In this document: in pieces, positions 27,716 through 37,308 of the stretch
Layout of the letters: each line of letters opens with the position of its first letter
Numbering within the stretch: the stretch's first letter is position 1
Source: Acidimicrobiia bacterium
Lineage (GTDB): Bacteria; Actinomycetota; Acidimicrobiia; IMCC26256; PALSA-610
Direction of reading: 5' to 3'
Length of the DNA stretch: 49,513 nucleotides
Assembly: GCA_017882905.1 (NCBI GenBank)
Contig: JADGOO010000108.1
Location: forward strand, 1-49,513
Program-made: the position numbers and the translations under genes
The notes under the pieces: generated by a model
The model's database searches: none
What the model saw: only the letters and a program-made list of their open reading frames with translations
Told to the model about the DNA's origin: nothing

Positions 27716-28636
27716 GTGTTCGAGGAGATCGCCCGCAACAAGCGCCGCAGCGTCATCCTCATCACACTCTTCGTGATCGTCTGGGCGGGCATCGGCGCGC
27801 TGCTCGGAGCCCTGTTCGGCAACACGTCGTCGCGAGGCTCGGCAATCGCGTCGGGAGTGCTGATCGCAGTCTTGCTGGCCGCCGCGGCCACCGCGTTCGC
27901 CATCGCGTCGGGGTCGCGGCTCGTGCTGTCGGTATCGAAAGCGCAGCCCGCCGACCCCGCGCAATACCGCCAGCTGCACAACATCGTCGAGGAGATGGCG
28001 ATCAGCGCGGGCTTGCCCAAGCCTGCCGTCTACGTGATCGACGATCCCTCACCGAACGCCTTCGCCACGGGGATCAGCCCGAACCGGGCAGCCATCACGG
28101 CCACCACCGGTCTGCTCACGATGATGAACCGCGAGGAGCTCGAGGGCGTGATCTCGCACGAGATGAGCCACATCCGCAACTACGACGTGCGGCTCATCTT
28201 GATCGTGACGACGCTGATCGGGTTCGCCGGACTGCTCGCGAGCTTGATCTGGCGCGCAGCATTCTTCTCCCGGCCGCGCGGTCGCGATGGCCAACAGATC
28301 ACGATCGTCCTGTTCGCTGCCGGCGCGCTGCTCACCGTCGTTGCGTTCATCGTCGGTCCGCTCATCCAGTTCGCGCTCTCCCGTTCGCGTGAAGAGCTCG
28401 CCGATGTCAGCGGCGTGCAGCTCACGCGCAACCCCGACGGCCTGATCCACGCGCTGCAGAAGCTGGCTGGAAACGACAAGCCGTTCGCCACGTTCAACCA
28501 CAGCACGGCGGCGATGTGCATCGACGATCCGCTGCAACACCACGAGGGTTGGTCGCACCGTCTCTTCGATACCCACCCACCCATCGATCAGCGCATCGCA
28601 GTCCTGCAGCGCCTCGCGCACGGCCAGACGGCGTAG
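27716..28636 (+). CDS. htpX: zinc metalloprotease HtpX (peptidase M48)
   Basis: Four TM segments and the HEMSH zinc-binding motif with downstream EELAD; membrane topology as HtpX. Confidence 0.85.
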   Translation: MFEEIARNKRRSVILITLFVIVWAGIGALLGALFGNTSSRGSAIASGVLIAVLLAAAATAFAIASGSRLVLSVSKAQPADPAQYRQLHNIVEEMAISAGLPKPAVYVIDDPSPNAFATGISPNRAAITATTGLLTMMNREELEGVISHEMSHIRNYDVRLILIVTTLIGFAGLLASLIWRAAFFSRPRGRDGQQITIVLFAAGALLTVVAFIVGPLIQFALSRSREELADVSGVQLTRNPDGLIHALQKLAGNDKPFATFNHSTAAMCIDDPLQHHEGWSHRLFDTHPPIDQRIAVLQRLAHGQTA

Positions 28637-28639
28637 AGC

Positions 28640-29461
28640 TCACCCGGCCGAGCCGAGCGCCAACGCCGCGCTCGCGCGCGCCGTCGACGAGACACCGGTC
28701 TCGGCGTCGGCCGACGCCACATCCACGGCCGGGGCAAACGGGAGATCGAGCGCCCAGCCGACCAGCGGCGCGAACGCAGCATCGAGAGCGCTCGCCGCGT
28801 GGCTCGCCGCACCGCGTCCCCACAGCTGAGGCAGCGTCGCGACGGTCGGGAGTGTGGACAGCCGCGCCGAGAGCTGCCGCGCCGACATCTTGGCCTCGTG
28901 AGGATCACCGCTCGTCACGACGCCCACCGCGACCCGCCGCCCGCTCGGCAGCGCCGAGACGCGTTCGACGTAACGGCGCGTGTCGGCGAGATCGCCGGGC
29001 GCGTGAGGCGATGCCACCAACAACGCGTCGAGCGACTCGAGCAGCACGTGCGCGATTCCCACGCCACCGCCCACACCCGACGGCGCGTCGATGACCACGA
29101 TGTCGAAGATCCCGCGCAGCTCCGGAAGCGCGGCTACTGCTGCGGCGCGATCCGATACCGACACCACGCACAGACGACGGGCCGGGAGCACCGACACGCC
29201 GAGCGAGTGCGGGCCACGTGTCAGGCGCAGGCTGGTGCGCCCGGGTTCGCCGGCCACCAAGCCGGGAGTTCGTCGTTCGACATCGCGGTCGGTCGGGTCG
29301 GCGCCGACCACGCACACCGGGCCACCCGTTGCCGAAGCCAACCGCAATGCGAGCTCGACGGCGATGCCGCGCTTGGCCGCGTTGAGACGCGTGTTCGTCA
29401 CACCGATCGTGAGCCCGAGTGCCGCGTCGTCGGCCATGCGACGGATGTCGACCGTCGACAC
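28640..29461 (-). CDS. ParA/MinD-like protein with degenerate Walker A (possible pseudo-ATPase)
   Basis: LTIGVTNTRLNAAKRGIAVELA occupies the position of the deviant Walker A (KGGxGKT) but lacks the lysines and GKT. DIVVIDAPSG resembles Walker B. Natural composition, unlike the overlapping antisense ORFs. Confidence 0.4.
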   Translation of the reverse strand: MSTVDIRRMADDAALGLTIGVTNTRLNAAKRGIAVELALRLASATGGPVCVVGADPTDRDVERRTPGLVAGEPGRTSLRLTRGPHSLGVSVLPARRLCVVSVSDRAAAVAALPELRGIFDIVVIDAPSGVGGGVGIAHVLLESLDALLVASPHAPGDLADTRRYVERVSALPSGRRVAVGVVTSGDPHEAKMSARQLSARLSTLPTVATLPQLWGRGAASHAASALDAAFAPLVGWALDLPFAPAVDVASADAETGVSSTARASAALALGSAG

Positions 29462-29617
29462 CCGCGGCGCGAGTCAAGCCGCGGCACCGATGCAACATGT
29501 CACAGGAGGCGCTTCGCCCGTAGCCAACAGGGCCGGGTGGGTCGTCGCCACGCTGTCGTGTCGCGAACGCAGGCTGCCACCCGCTATGCCGGGCCCCGCC
29601 CGGCGCCGGCCGCCCGC

Positions 29618-30247
29618 GTGGCGCCGTGGTTCGTGTTGGCGGGCGGTGTCGCCCTGGCCGCCAACGTGGCGCTCGTCGTGCTCGAGCTGGTCGAGCTGGT
29701 CGAGCGGAGCTTCCAAGAAGGCGTGAGCGCGGGCAAGCCGGTGACCGCGAGCGCGGTGCACACGGCGATCGCGCACATCCACACGATGAGCGTCACGTCG
29801 ACGTTCGCAACCATCGGTGCCGCGGTGCTCGGTGTGGTGTGGCTCGTACAACGCCGCTCCCGTCGGCGGCTGATGCAGCATGGCGAAGCCGGTGTGGAGC
29901 AGCGACTCAGCGCATTGTCTCCCCGGCTGTTCACGACGGTGCTGGCCGGTCTGGTCGGTGCGGTGATGGCAACGACTGCCGCGCGCGAGGCCATCACACA
30001 GACCACGCGGACCGCGTCCGACTTCGCTGACTACCGCGGCTTTCTGGCTGCGGCAGCCGCATGCCGATGCCTGATGTGGGCGGCGATGATCTCGCTCGTG
30101 GTCGTGGCGACGCGCTTCCAGGATCGCCGAGAAGTCGCCCCCCTCGAACCGACGGTCGCGCCCACGCCGCGCGTCCCGATCGGGCAGCCGTACGTGAGCG
30201 CGCCCGACGCGGCGCTGTCTCACCAGCCCGGCAGCTTCTTCAGGTAG
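29618..30247 (+). CDS. hypothetical integral membrane protein
   Basis: Several hydrophobic helices (WFVLAGGVALAANVALVVL, FATIGAAVLGVVWLV, LFTTVLAGLVGAVMATTAA, MWAAMISLVVVA); GTG start at 29618 inferred. Start and boundaries are uncertain. Confidence 0.4.
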   Translation: MAPWFVLAGGVALAANVALVVLELVELVERSFQEGVSAGKPVTASAVHTAIAHIHTMSVTSTFATIGAAVLGVVWLVQRRSRRRLMQHGEAGVEQRLSALSPRLFTTVLAGLVGAVMATTAAREAITQTTRTASDFADYRGFLAAAAACRCLMWAAMISLVVVATRFQDRREVAPLEPTVAPTPRVPIGQPYVSAPDAALSHQPGSFFR

Positions 30248-31101
30248 TCGAGCATCGCCGCGTTCGTCTCCTCGGGGCGCTCTTGTTGCGTCCAGTGCCC
30301 GCACTGCTCGATGACGACGCGCGTGAGCGCGGGGACGCGCTCCTCCATGCCCAGGGTCATGGCAGGCACGAGCACCGGATCGTCGGCCGCGCTGATCATG
30401 AGACACGGCACGTCGATCGTGCGATCGGCCCACTCCACTGACAGCGCCCAGTTGCGGTCGAGGTTGCGGTAGTACTCGATCGGCGGCGTGAGCGCGCCCG
30501 CAGGCCGGAACGCCGCCTTGTACACATCGAGCACGGCGTCGGGGAACGCGGCGAGGTTGTGTGTGACCGGTGCGCCGAACATCATCTCGATGAAGTCGTC
30601 CGCGCCGCGTCCCCATGACAAGACCCACTCGGCGACACCCCGCTCCTGGAACTGGATGATGTAGATCGGGTTGTCGACGAAGATCTGACGCAGCAGCTGC
30701 ACGGGCGGGATCGGCGGACGGGGTAGATCCGGCGTGTTGAGGCCGATGACACCGGCAGTCGCGTCGGGATGCATGCGCGCGAACTGCCACACGAGGATCC
30801 CGCCCCAGTCGTGACCGGCAATCACGACCCGTTCGTGGCCGAGCGCGGCGACGAGCGCGCGCAGCGTGCCGTTGAGGAACACGATGTCGTAGTCGACGTC
30901 GGGCTTGTCGCTGCGTCCGTAACCGGGCAGGTCGGGCGCCACCACGTGAAACCCGGCGCCGCCCAGGGTGTCGACCTGGTGGCGCCACGAGAAGGCGAGC
31001 TCCGGGAAGCCGTGCAGGAGCAGCACGAGCGGATCGTCGGGCCGGCCCGACTCGAGGCAGTACAGGCGCATCCCGTCGGCGACCACGTAGCGCTCCCGCA
31101 C
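30220..31101 (-). CDS. alpha/beta hydrolase (epoxide hydrolase / haloalkane dehalogenase-like)
   Basis: HGFPELAFSWRHQ and nucleophile elbow GHDWGG, catalytic His near the C-terminus (GHWTQQE). Confidence 0.8.
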   Translation of the reverse strand: MRERYVVADGMRLYCLESGRPDDPLVLLLHGFPELAFSWRHQVDTLGGAGFHVVAPDLPGYGRSDKPDVDYDIVFLNGTLRALVAALGHERVVIAGHDWGGILVWQFARMHPDATAGVIGLNTPDLPRPPIPPVQLLRQIFVDNPIYIIQFQERGVAEWVLSWGRGADDFIEMMFGAPVTHNLAAFPDAVLDVYKAAFRPAGALTPPIEYYRNLDRNWALSVEWADRTIDVPCLMISAADDPVLVPAMTLGMEERVPALTRVVIEQCGHWTQQERPEETNAAMLDYLKKLPGW

Positions 31102-31214
31102 GGCGGAACCCTAGGCGAGCGGGGTCGAAGCCGGCTCCAAGCTCATCGCCGACTGCGGGCGCGCGCCACGCTCACATCGGTACGGTGGAGCAGCGTTCGC
31201 TACGGAGGTGGGCC

Positions 31215-32630
31215 ATGACACAGCGCTTCGAAGCGCACATGAGCGACGCCGACGCCCTGATGTGGCTGATCGAGAAGGACCCCGTGCTGCGCTCCACGAT
31301 CGTGGCGGTGGCCATCCTCGACTCGCCGCCCGACATCGGCGCGCTCCGCGCCCGCTTCGCCGACGCGAGCTGCGCGATCCCGCGACTGCGTCAACGCGTG
31401 CTCTCGCCTCCGATGCGCCTCGGCCCGCCGCGTTGGGCGCACGAACCGAACTTCGACATCGACTTCCACGTTCGCCACCTCCACCTGCCGGCACCGGGCT
31501 CCGAGCGTCAGCTCTTCGACGCCGTCGCGCCGATCGCGCAGGCCAGCTTCGACCGGGCTCGTCCACTCTGGGAGTGCACCGTCTTCGACGGACTCGCGCC
31601 CGATCCTGCCTCGAGCGGTACGGCCACACGCTCGGCAGTGGTGCTGAAGGTGCACCATTCTGTGACTGACGGCGTCGGCGGGATCGAGCTGCTCACGCAC
31701 CTCGTCGACTTCGAACGCGACGTCGCGCCCCGCTCCAAGACGCCACTCTCGCCACCGTCGGAGCCGCTCGACGCGCTCGACCTCGTGCTCGAGTCGGCCG
31801 CGCACACGGCACGACGTCTCCTCGGCATCGCCCGGCGCGTGCCGGCAAGCGCATGGAACGTGCTCGATGCCGCTCGTCGTGATCCGGCAGGGACCGCGGT
31901 GCAGGCCGCCGCAACGTTGCAGTCGATCGGCAAGATCGTCGCACCGGCTACCGCACCGCTGTCGCCACTGCTGCTGGAGCGCAGCCTCGGCCGGCGCCTC
32001 GATGCGTTCGACGTGCCTCTCGACGATCTCAAACGGGCCGCGAAGATGGCCGAAGGAAGCGTGAACGACGCGTTCGTCGCCGGTGTCGTGGGTGGGCTCG
32101 ACCGATATCACCGTCGGTACGGCGCGCCCGCGGGTGAGCTGCGCGTGACCATGCCGATCAACCTGCGTCGCGACGGTGACGCCGCAGGCGGCAACCAGTT
32201 CGCGCCCGCTCGGTTCGCGGTGCCCCTCGACATCGCTGATCCCATCGAACGGATGCGGGCGCTCGGCGCGCTCGTGCGCACCTGGCGCATGGAGCCGGCG
32301 CTCGGCTTCACGGGCGCGCTCGCCGGCGTGCTGAACCGACTGCCCACGTCGACCACGACCGCGCTGTTCGGCGGCATGTTGAAGTGCGTCGACTTCGTGA
32401 CCTCGAACGTTCCGGGCGCGCCCGTGCCGGTGTTCCTCGCCGGCGGCCGCGTGGAGCGCTTCTACGCCTTCGGACCACCGTCGGGCGCGGCGCTCAACGT
32501 CACGTTGCTCTCGCACGTCGACGCGTGCTGCGTCGGCGTCGTCACCGACACCGCTGCGGTACCCGACCCCGACGCACTCGTCAGCGATCTGCGGGCCGGC
32601 TTCGACGAGATCGTCGCGGTGGGAACCTGA
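31215..32630 (+). CDS. wax ester synthase / diacylglycerol acyltransferase (WS/DGAT)
   Basis: Active-site HHSVTDGVGG (HHxxxDG) and overall actinobacterial WS/DGAT architecture; start taken at MTQRFEAHMSDADALMW. Confidence 0.8.
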   Translation: MTQRFEAHMSDADALMWLIEKDPVLRSTIVAVAILDSPPDIGALRARFADASCAIPRLRQRVLSPPMRLGPPRWAHEPNFDIDFHVRHLHLPAPGSERQLFDAVAPIAQASFDRARPLWECTVFDGLAPDPASSGTATRSAVVLKVHHSVTDGVGGIELLTHLVDFERDVAPRSKTPLSPPSEPLDALDLVLESAAHTARRLLGIARRVPASAWNVLDAARRDPAGTAVQAAATLQSIGKIVAPATAPLSPLLLERSLGRRLDAFDVPLDDLKRAAKMAEGSVNDAFVAGVVGGLDRYHRRYGAPAGELRVTMPINLRRDGDAAGGNQFAPARFAVPLDIADPIERMRALGALVRTWRMEPALGFTGALAGVLNRLPTSTTTALFGGMLKCVDFVTSNVPGAPVPVFLAGGRVERFYAFGPPSGAALNVTLLSHVDACCVGVVTDTAAVPDPDALVSDLRAGFDEIVAVGT

Positions 32631-32680
32631 GAGATGCCGAACCATCCGTAACGCTCGCACTGCTCGAAGAACGAAGTGAC

Positions 32681-33421
32681 ATGGCCGACAAGCCGCTGAA
32701 GGACCTGGCGCCCGAATGGGCGCAACCGTCGACCCCTGTGACACGGCGTGTGTTCCTTGGGCTCAGCGCGCTCGGCGTCGCCGGCATCGCCGTGGGTGGC
32801 GCCGTCGCGGACTGGGTCAATCGCAGCCCGATCGGGCGCGCCGCTTCGAGCGCCGGCGTGGCTGATCTGATCCCGCTCGGCGAAGCCTTCCGCTACTACA
32901 CGGTCACCGACGGCTTCCCGTCGCGATCGACTGCCAAGTACCAGCTCCGCGTGCACGGCCTCGTCGACCACGAGCTGAAGCTCAGCTATGCCGATCTCGC
33001 ATCGCGCACACCAACGCATCTCACGAAAGACTTCCAGTGCGTCACCGGGTGGCGCGTCACGGGTGTCCACTGGACGGGCGTGAAGCTGTCGGACCTTCTC
33101 GACGAGGCCGGTGTGCAATCGAAGGGTAAGGCGCTGCGCTTCACGAGCTTCGACGGCGTGTACACCGAGAGCCTCACGCTCGATCAGGCGCGCCGCCCCG
33201 ACGTGATCGTGGCCTACCAGATGGAAGGCAAGACCGTCTCGACCGAACACGGCGGGCCTGTCCGCCTCTACGTCGCGCCCATGTACGGCTACAAGTCGTG
33301 CAAGTGGCTCGACGGCATCGAGGTCGTCGACGCCGTCGAACCCGGCTATTGGGAGAACGAGGGCTACGACGTCGATGCGTGGATCGGCCACTCGAACGGT
33401 CGCGATGACAAGCCTGTCTAG
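32681..33421 (+). CDS. molybdopterin-dependent oxidoreductase, sulfite-oxidase fold (YedY/MsrP-like), Tat-exported
   Basis: Tat signal RRVFLGLSALGVAGIAVGG, then ...DLASRTPTHLTKDFQCVTGWRVTGVHWTGV... with the conserved Mo-ligand cysteine context, and LYVAPMYGYKSCKWL. Confidence 0.75.
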   Translation: MADKPLKDLAPEWAQPSTPVTRRVFLGLSALGVAGIAVGGAVADWVNRSPIGRAASSAGVADLIPLGEAFRYYTVTDGFPSRSTAKYQLRVHGLVDHELKLSYADLASRTPTHLTKDFQCVTGWRVTGVHWTGVKLSDLLDEAGVQSKGKALRFTSFDGVYTESLTLDQARRPDVIVAYQMEGKTVSTEHGGPVRLYVAPMYGYKSCKWLDGIEVVDAVEPGYWENEGYDVDAWIGHSNGRDDKPV

Positions 33422-34103
33422 CGACGTGGCCGCGGCGCCGCGCACGCTCATGCGCTTCGACCGCGTCGAGCGCAGCGTGCACTGGCTCAACGCCACGCTG
33501 TTCCTCCTGTTGCTCGCCACGGGCCTCACACTGCGAGGCTTCCCCGGGACCCAATGGGTCGGGCGACGCGAGCTGGTGAAGAACATCCACGTATGGAGCG
33601 GGCTCCTGCTCCCGCTGCCGTTGCTCGCCGCTCTGTGCATGCGGCGCGCCGGCCGGCGCCTGCGCGACGACCTGAGCCGGCTCGGGCGCTGGACGCTCGA
33701 CGACCGGCGGTGGTGGAACCGGCGCCGGCGCGGCGGTGTCGCGCTCGGCAAGTTCAACCCCGGCCAGAAGCTGAACGCAGCGTTCGTGGGCGCGTCGCTG
33801 ATCGTGATGCCCGTGACCGGCTGGATGTTGCGGTTCCCGGATCCGTTCAGCAACTCGATGCGGCGGGGCGCCACGGCGATGCACGACTGGTTCGCCTATG
33901 GGCTGCTGTTCACGATCACCGGTCACATCCTCTTCGCACTGTCCGACAACGAGGCGTTGCGGGGCATGGTGCGGGGCACGGTGAGCGAGCGATGGGCCCG
34001 CCGCGAACGACCGCGCTGGCACGCGGAGATGCTGCTCGAGGCCAGTGCCGCCGAGGACGACGAGCACGAGAATCGTTCGGGAACCGCCTCAGCCCGTCGA
34101 TAG
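33405..34103 (+). CDS. cytochrome b561 / Ni-hydrogenase-type cytochrome b family membrane protein (likely heme partner of the upstream Mo-enzyme)
   Basis: RFDRVERSVHWLNATLFLLLLATGL is the signature start of PF01292-type cytochrome b; about 4 TM helices with conserved His. The start overlaps the upstream stop. Confidence 0.65.
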   Translation: MTSLSSDVAAAPRTLMRFDRVERSVHWLNATLFLLLLATGLTLRGFPGTQWVGRRELVKNIHVWSGLLLPLPLLAALCMRRAGRRLRDDLSRLGRWTLDDRRWWNRRRRGGVALGKFNPGQKLNAAFVGASLIVMPVTGWMLRFPDPFSNSMRRGATAMHDWFAYGLLFTITGHILFALSDNEALRGMVRGTVSERWARRERPRWHAEMLLEASAAEDDEHENRSGTASARR

Positions 34104-34113
34104 CCTCGCTGCG

Positions 34114-35265
34114 GTGAGCGACGCATCCACCATTGCCGCGATCACCCTTCCGCCCGAGCTTCGGCCCCGTGACGGCCGCTTCGGTTCGGGCCCGTCGAAG
34201 GTACGGCCCGAGGCGGTGGCGGCGCTCGCCGGAGCCAGCCGTAGCTACCTCGGCACGAGCCACCGCCAGGCCGGCGTGCGCGACGTGGTGCGCCGCATGC
34301 GCGACGGCCTGCGCGAGCTCTTCGCACTCCCCGACGGCTACGAAGTGCTGCTCGCCAACGGCGGCACGACCTCGTTCTGGGATGCCGCGAGCTTCGGCCT
34401 GATCGAGCGGCGCGCGCAGCACGCGACCATCGGCGAGTTCTCGAGCAAGTTCGCCGCGGTCACGGCCGCGGCGCCACACCTGGAGGCACCCGAGGTCGTG
34501 GCGAGCGCGCCAGGTGCGACGCCGGTGCCCTGCTACGCCGACTCAAACGTCGACACCTACTGCTTCCCCCACAACGAGACGTCGACCGGCGTGATGATGC
34601 CGGTGACGCGACCGTCCGGAGCCACCGACGGGCAGATCGTGCTCGTCGATGCCACCTCTGGCGCAGGCGGTCTGCGCGTGCACCCTCGCGAGTTCGACGT
34701 GTACTACTTCGCACCACAGAAGTGCTTCGCCGGCGACGGCGGCCTCTGGCTGGCGCTCTGCTCACCTGCGGCTATCGAACGCATCGCCCGCGTCAAGGCG
34801 AGCGGCCGTTGGATTCCCGCCTCGCTCGACCTGTCGATCGCGGTGGAGCAGTCACGGCTCCAGCAGACCTACAACACGCCCGCGCTCGCCACGCTGTTCC
34901 TCATGGCCGAACAGGTCGAGTGGATGCTCTCGCTCGGCGGGCTCGAAGGTTGCGCACGACGCTGCGATGAATCGGCCGCGACGATCTACGGCTGGGCCGC
35001 AACCCGGCGATTCGCCACGCCGTTCGTGGCCGACGAGCTCGCCCGCAGCCACGTGACCGCCACGATCGACTTCGAAGCCGTGGATGCCGACTCGGTCGCG
35101 GCGACGCTGCGCGCCAACGGCATCGTCGACGTGGAGCCCTATCGCAAGCTCGGCCGAAACCAGCTGCGCATCGCGCTGTTCCCCGCGATCGACACCAGCG
35201 ACATCGAGATCCTGACGCGCGCGATCGACTACATCGTCGAGCGGGCCGGCCCGCAACATCCCTAA
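34114..35265 (+). CDS. serC: phosphoserine aminotransferase (actinobacterial SerC type)
   Basis: RDGRFGSGPSKVRPEA N-terminus as in mycobacterial SerC, PLP-lysine region FAPQKCFAGDGGLW; GTG start at 34114 inferred. Confidence 0.8.
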   Translation: MSDASTIAAITLPPELRPRDGRFGSGPSKVRPEAVAALAGASRSYLGTSHRQAGVRDVVRRMRDGLRELFALPDGYEVLLANGGTTSFWDAASFGLIERRAQHATIGEFSSKFAAVTAAAPHLEAPEVVASAPGATPVPCYADSNVDTYCFPHNETSTGVMMPVTRPSGATDGQIVLVDATSGAGGLRVHPREFDVYYFAPQKCFAGDGGLWLALCSPAAIERIARVKASGRWIPASLDLSIAVEQSRLQQTYNTPALATLFLMAEQVEWMLSLGGLEGCARRCDESAATIYGWAATRRFATPFVADELARSHVTATIDFEAVDADSVAATLRANGIVDVEPYRKLGRNQLRIALFPAIDTSDIEILTRAIDYIVERAGPQHP

Positions 35266-35280
35266 ATCGAGCCCGTCGGT

Positions 35281-36765
35281 GTGGATTCGGCGTTGACCGG
35301 CATGGTGGTGGTGGGCGAGGCTCGCAGGGTGAGCACGGCAGCACCCGATGGCCTGGTGGCGATCGTCAAGCGGGACTGCCCCACCTGCGTGCTCGTCGCG
35401 CCGGTCCTGCACCAGCTCGCCGAGGCCGGCCGTCTGGCCGCCGTGTTCAGTCAGGATGACCCCGAGTTCCCACCCGACCTGCCGGTGGTCGACGACCGCA
35501 CGCTCGCCATGTCGTTCGCGCTCGACATCGACACGGTGCCCACATTGCTGCGGCTCGAAGCCGGACGCGAGGTGGCCCGCACCATCGGCTGGTCGCGCGA
35601 CCGCTGGGAAGCGCTGACCGGCGTCGAGGGCCTCGGCCCCGACCTGCCCGAGCTCCGGCCCGGTTGCGGATCGCGCACGACCGAACCCGAGATCGCCGAA
35701 GCGCACGCGATCGCCGCAACCGTCGCCGCGCTCCGGAGCCGGCGGGTGGAGCTCGGTGCTGCCGAAGACGACATCGAAGCCATGTACGCGCGCGGCTGGA
35801 GCGACGGGCTACCGCTCGTACCGCCGACACCCGAGCGCGTGGGGCGCATGCTGCTCGGCACGACGCGAGCCGCCGACGAGATCGTGGCGGTCGTGCCGCC
35901 CGATCTCGTGGAATGCTCCGTCGAGAAGGTCGCGGTGAACGCGGTGCTCGCCGGCTGCGAACCGCAGTACCTCCCAGTTGTCTTGGCCGCCGTCGAAGCT
36001 GCGTGCACCGACGAGTTCAATGCGCACGGGCTGCTTGCGACCACCTGGTTCAGCGGCCCCCTGATCGTGGTGAACGGACCGATCACGCGGGCGATCGGGA
36101 TGAACTCCGGGGTCAACGCGCTGGGCCAAGGCAATCGCGCCAACGCCACGATCGGGCGCGCGCTGCAGCTCGTGATCCGCAACGTGGGCGGTGGGCGTCC
36201 CGGCGAGGTCGACCGCGCCACGCTCGGGAATCCCGGCAAGTACACGTTCTGCTTCGCGGAGCGCGAGCTCGACTCTCCGTGGGAGCCGTTGGCCGTCGAA
36301 CGAGGCGTCGCGCCGGGCGGCAACGCGCTCACCCTCTTCGCGGGTGCCGGCGTGCAAGGTGTGGTGGATCAGCTGTCGCGCACGCCGGAGTCGCTCGCCC
36401 GCAGCTTCGCGGCCTGCCTGCGCTCGGTGGGTCACACCAAGAACGTGATCGCCTGGGACGCGATGTTGGTCGTCTCGCCCGAGCACGCCCGCACGTTCCG
36501 CGCAGCCGGGTGGTCGAAAGCCCGCTTGCGCGCCGAGCTCGGCGAGCTGCTGCAGATCCCCGGCGAAGAGCTCGTGCGGGGTGCGGGTGGGATCGCCGAA
36601 GGGTTGCCCGAAGGCTTCCGCACCTCCACGATGCCAAAGTTCCGCGACGGCGGCCTGCTCATCGTGCACGCCGGCGGCGACGCGGGCATGTTCAGCGCGA
36701 TCATCGCGGGCTGGGCCAGCGGCGAGATCGGCAGCGAGATCGTCACCAAGGAGATCGGCACATGA
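35281..36765 (+). CDS. thioredoxin-like (CPTC) N-terminal domain fused to a large uncharacterized domain
   Basis: VAIVKRDCPTCVLVAPVL is a Trx-fold CxxC site. The remaining ~380 aa carry no motif I can assign. Its stop overlaps the start of the UGSC gene (ATGA), with AAGGAG 8 nt upstream of that ATG. Confidence 0.55.
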   Translation: MDSALTGMVVVGEARRVSTAAPDGLVAIVKRDCPTCVLVAPVLHQLAEAGRLAAVFSQDDPEFPPDLPVVDDRTLAMSFALDIDTVPTLLRLEAGREVARTIGWSRDRWEALTGVEGLGPDLPELRPGCGSRTTEPEIAEAHAIAATVAALRSRRVELGAAEDDIEAMYARGWSDGLPLVPPTPERVGRMLLGTTRAADEIVAVVPPDLVECSVEKVAVNAVLAGCEPQYLPVVLAAVEAACTDEFNAHGLLATTWFSGPLIVVNGPITRAIGMNSGVNALGQGNRANATIGRALQLVIRNVGGGRPGEVDRATLGNPGKYTFCFAERELDSPWEPLAVERGVAPGGNALTLFAGAGVQGVVDQLSRTPESLARSFAACLRSVGHTKNVIAWDAMLVVSPEHARTFRAAGWSKARLRAELGELLQIPGEELVRGAGGIAEGLPEGFRTSTMPKFRDGGLLIVHAGGDAGMFSAIIAGWASGEIGSEIVTKEIGT

Positions 36766-37280
36766 CCACACGAATCCTCCTCGATCCCACTGGTGAGCGC
36801 ACTGCGGCCACCCGGCCGCGCGCCAGCCGGCCCGACTCGCTCAAGGGGCGCACCGTCGGTCTGCTCGACATCTCCAAAGCGCGCGGCAACGTGTTCCTCG
36901 ATCGCATCGAAGAGCTGTTACGCGCCGACGGTGCCGAGGTCGTGCGCTACCGCAAGCCCACGTTCACGAAGCCCGCGCCCGTCGATCTCCGCCACGAGAT
37001 CGCGAACACGTGCGATGTGGTGATCGAAGCCCTCGCCGATTGAGGGAGCTGCACGTCGTGCAGTGTGCACGACACCGTCAATCTCGAAGCCGTCGGAGTT
37101 CCCATGGTGTTCGTCGCGTCGAGCGAGTTCGAGACGGCGGCCGCCGCGCAAGCTGCCGCGCTCGGCGCCGATCCGGCGCGCGTGTTCGTGCCCCATCCGA
37201 TCCAAGACCGCACCGACGACGAGCTGCGCGCGCTCGCCGATGGCGCAATCGCATCGCTGCGTGCCGCGCTGAGTCCCTGA
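36762..37280 (+). CDS. UGSC-family protein with in-frame TGA at 37041-37043 (candidate selenocysteine)
   Basis: Continuous reading frame MTTRILL...VIEALAD-U-GSCTSCSVHDTVNLEAVGVPMVFVASSEF...RAALSP. The TGA sits exactly at the U of the UGSC motif, and the two flanking ORF-track pieces (36767-37043 and 37065-37280) are in the same frame. Confidence 0.65.
37044..37073 (+). promoter_or_regulatory. candidate bacterial SECIS hairpin immediately 3' of the recoded UGA
   Basis: Perfect 8-bp stem gtcgtgca / tgcacgac with a gtg loop (37055-37073), starting 12 nt after the UGA; an alternative 6-bp hairpin is ctgcac-gtc-gtgcag. Confidence 0.4.
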
Positions 37281-37308
37281 ACTGATCGTTCGAGAAGCTG
37301 AGGAAACC

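Noticed and set aside
33375-33404. ATG at 33375 as the start of the cytochrome b gene
   Set aside because: It would overlap the Mo-oxidoreductase gene by 47 nt. The ATG at 33405 overlaps the upstream stop in the usual coupled fashion and still precedes the conserved RFDRVERSVHW start of the family. Either is possible.
37041-37043. TGA read as a genuine stop, giving two separate small genes (92 aa and 71 aa)
   Set aside because: Both pieces share one frame and the TGA falls exactly on the U of the U-G-S-C family motif. The downstream piece would need a GTG start with no RBS. A perfect hairpin follows 12 nt later. Sec recoding (or a Cys-to-stop pseudogene) explains the data better. Retained as a finding, since Sec machinery cannot be verified from this window.
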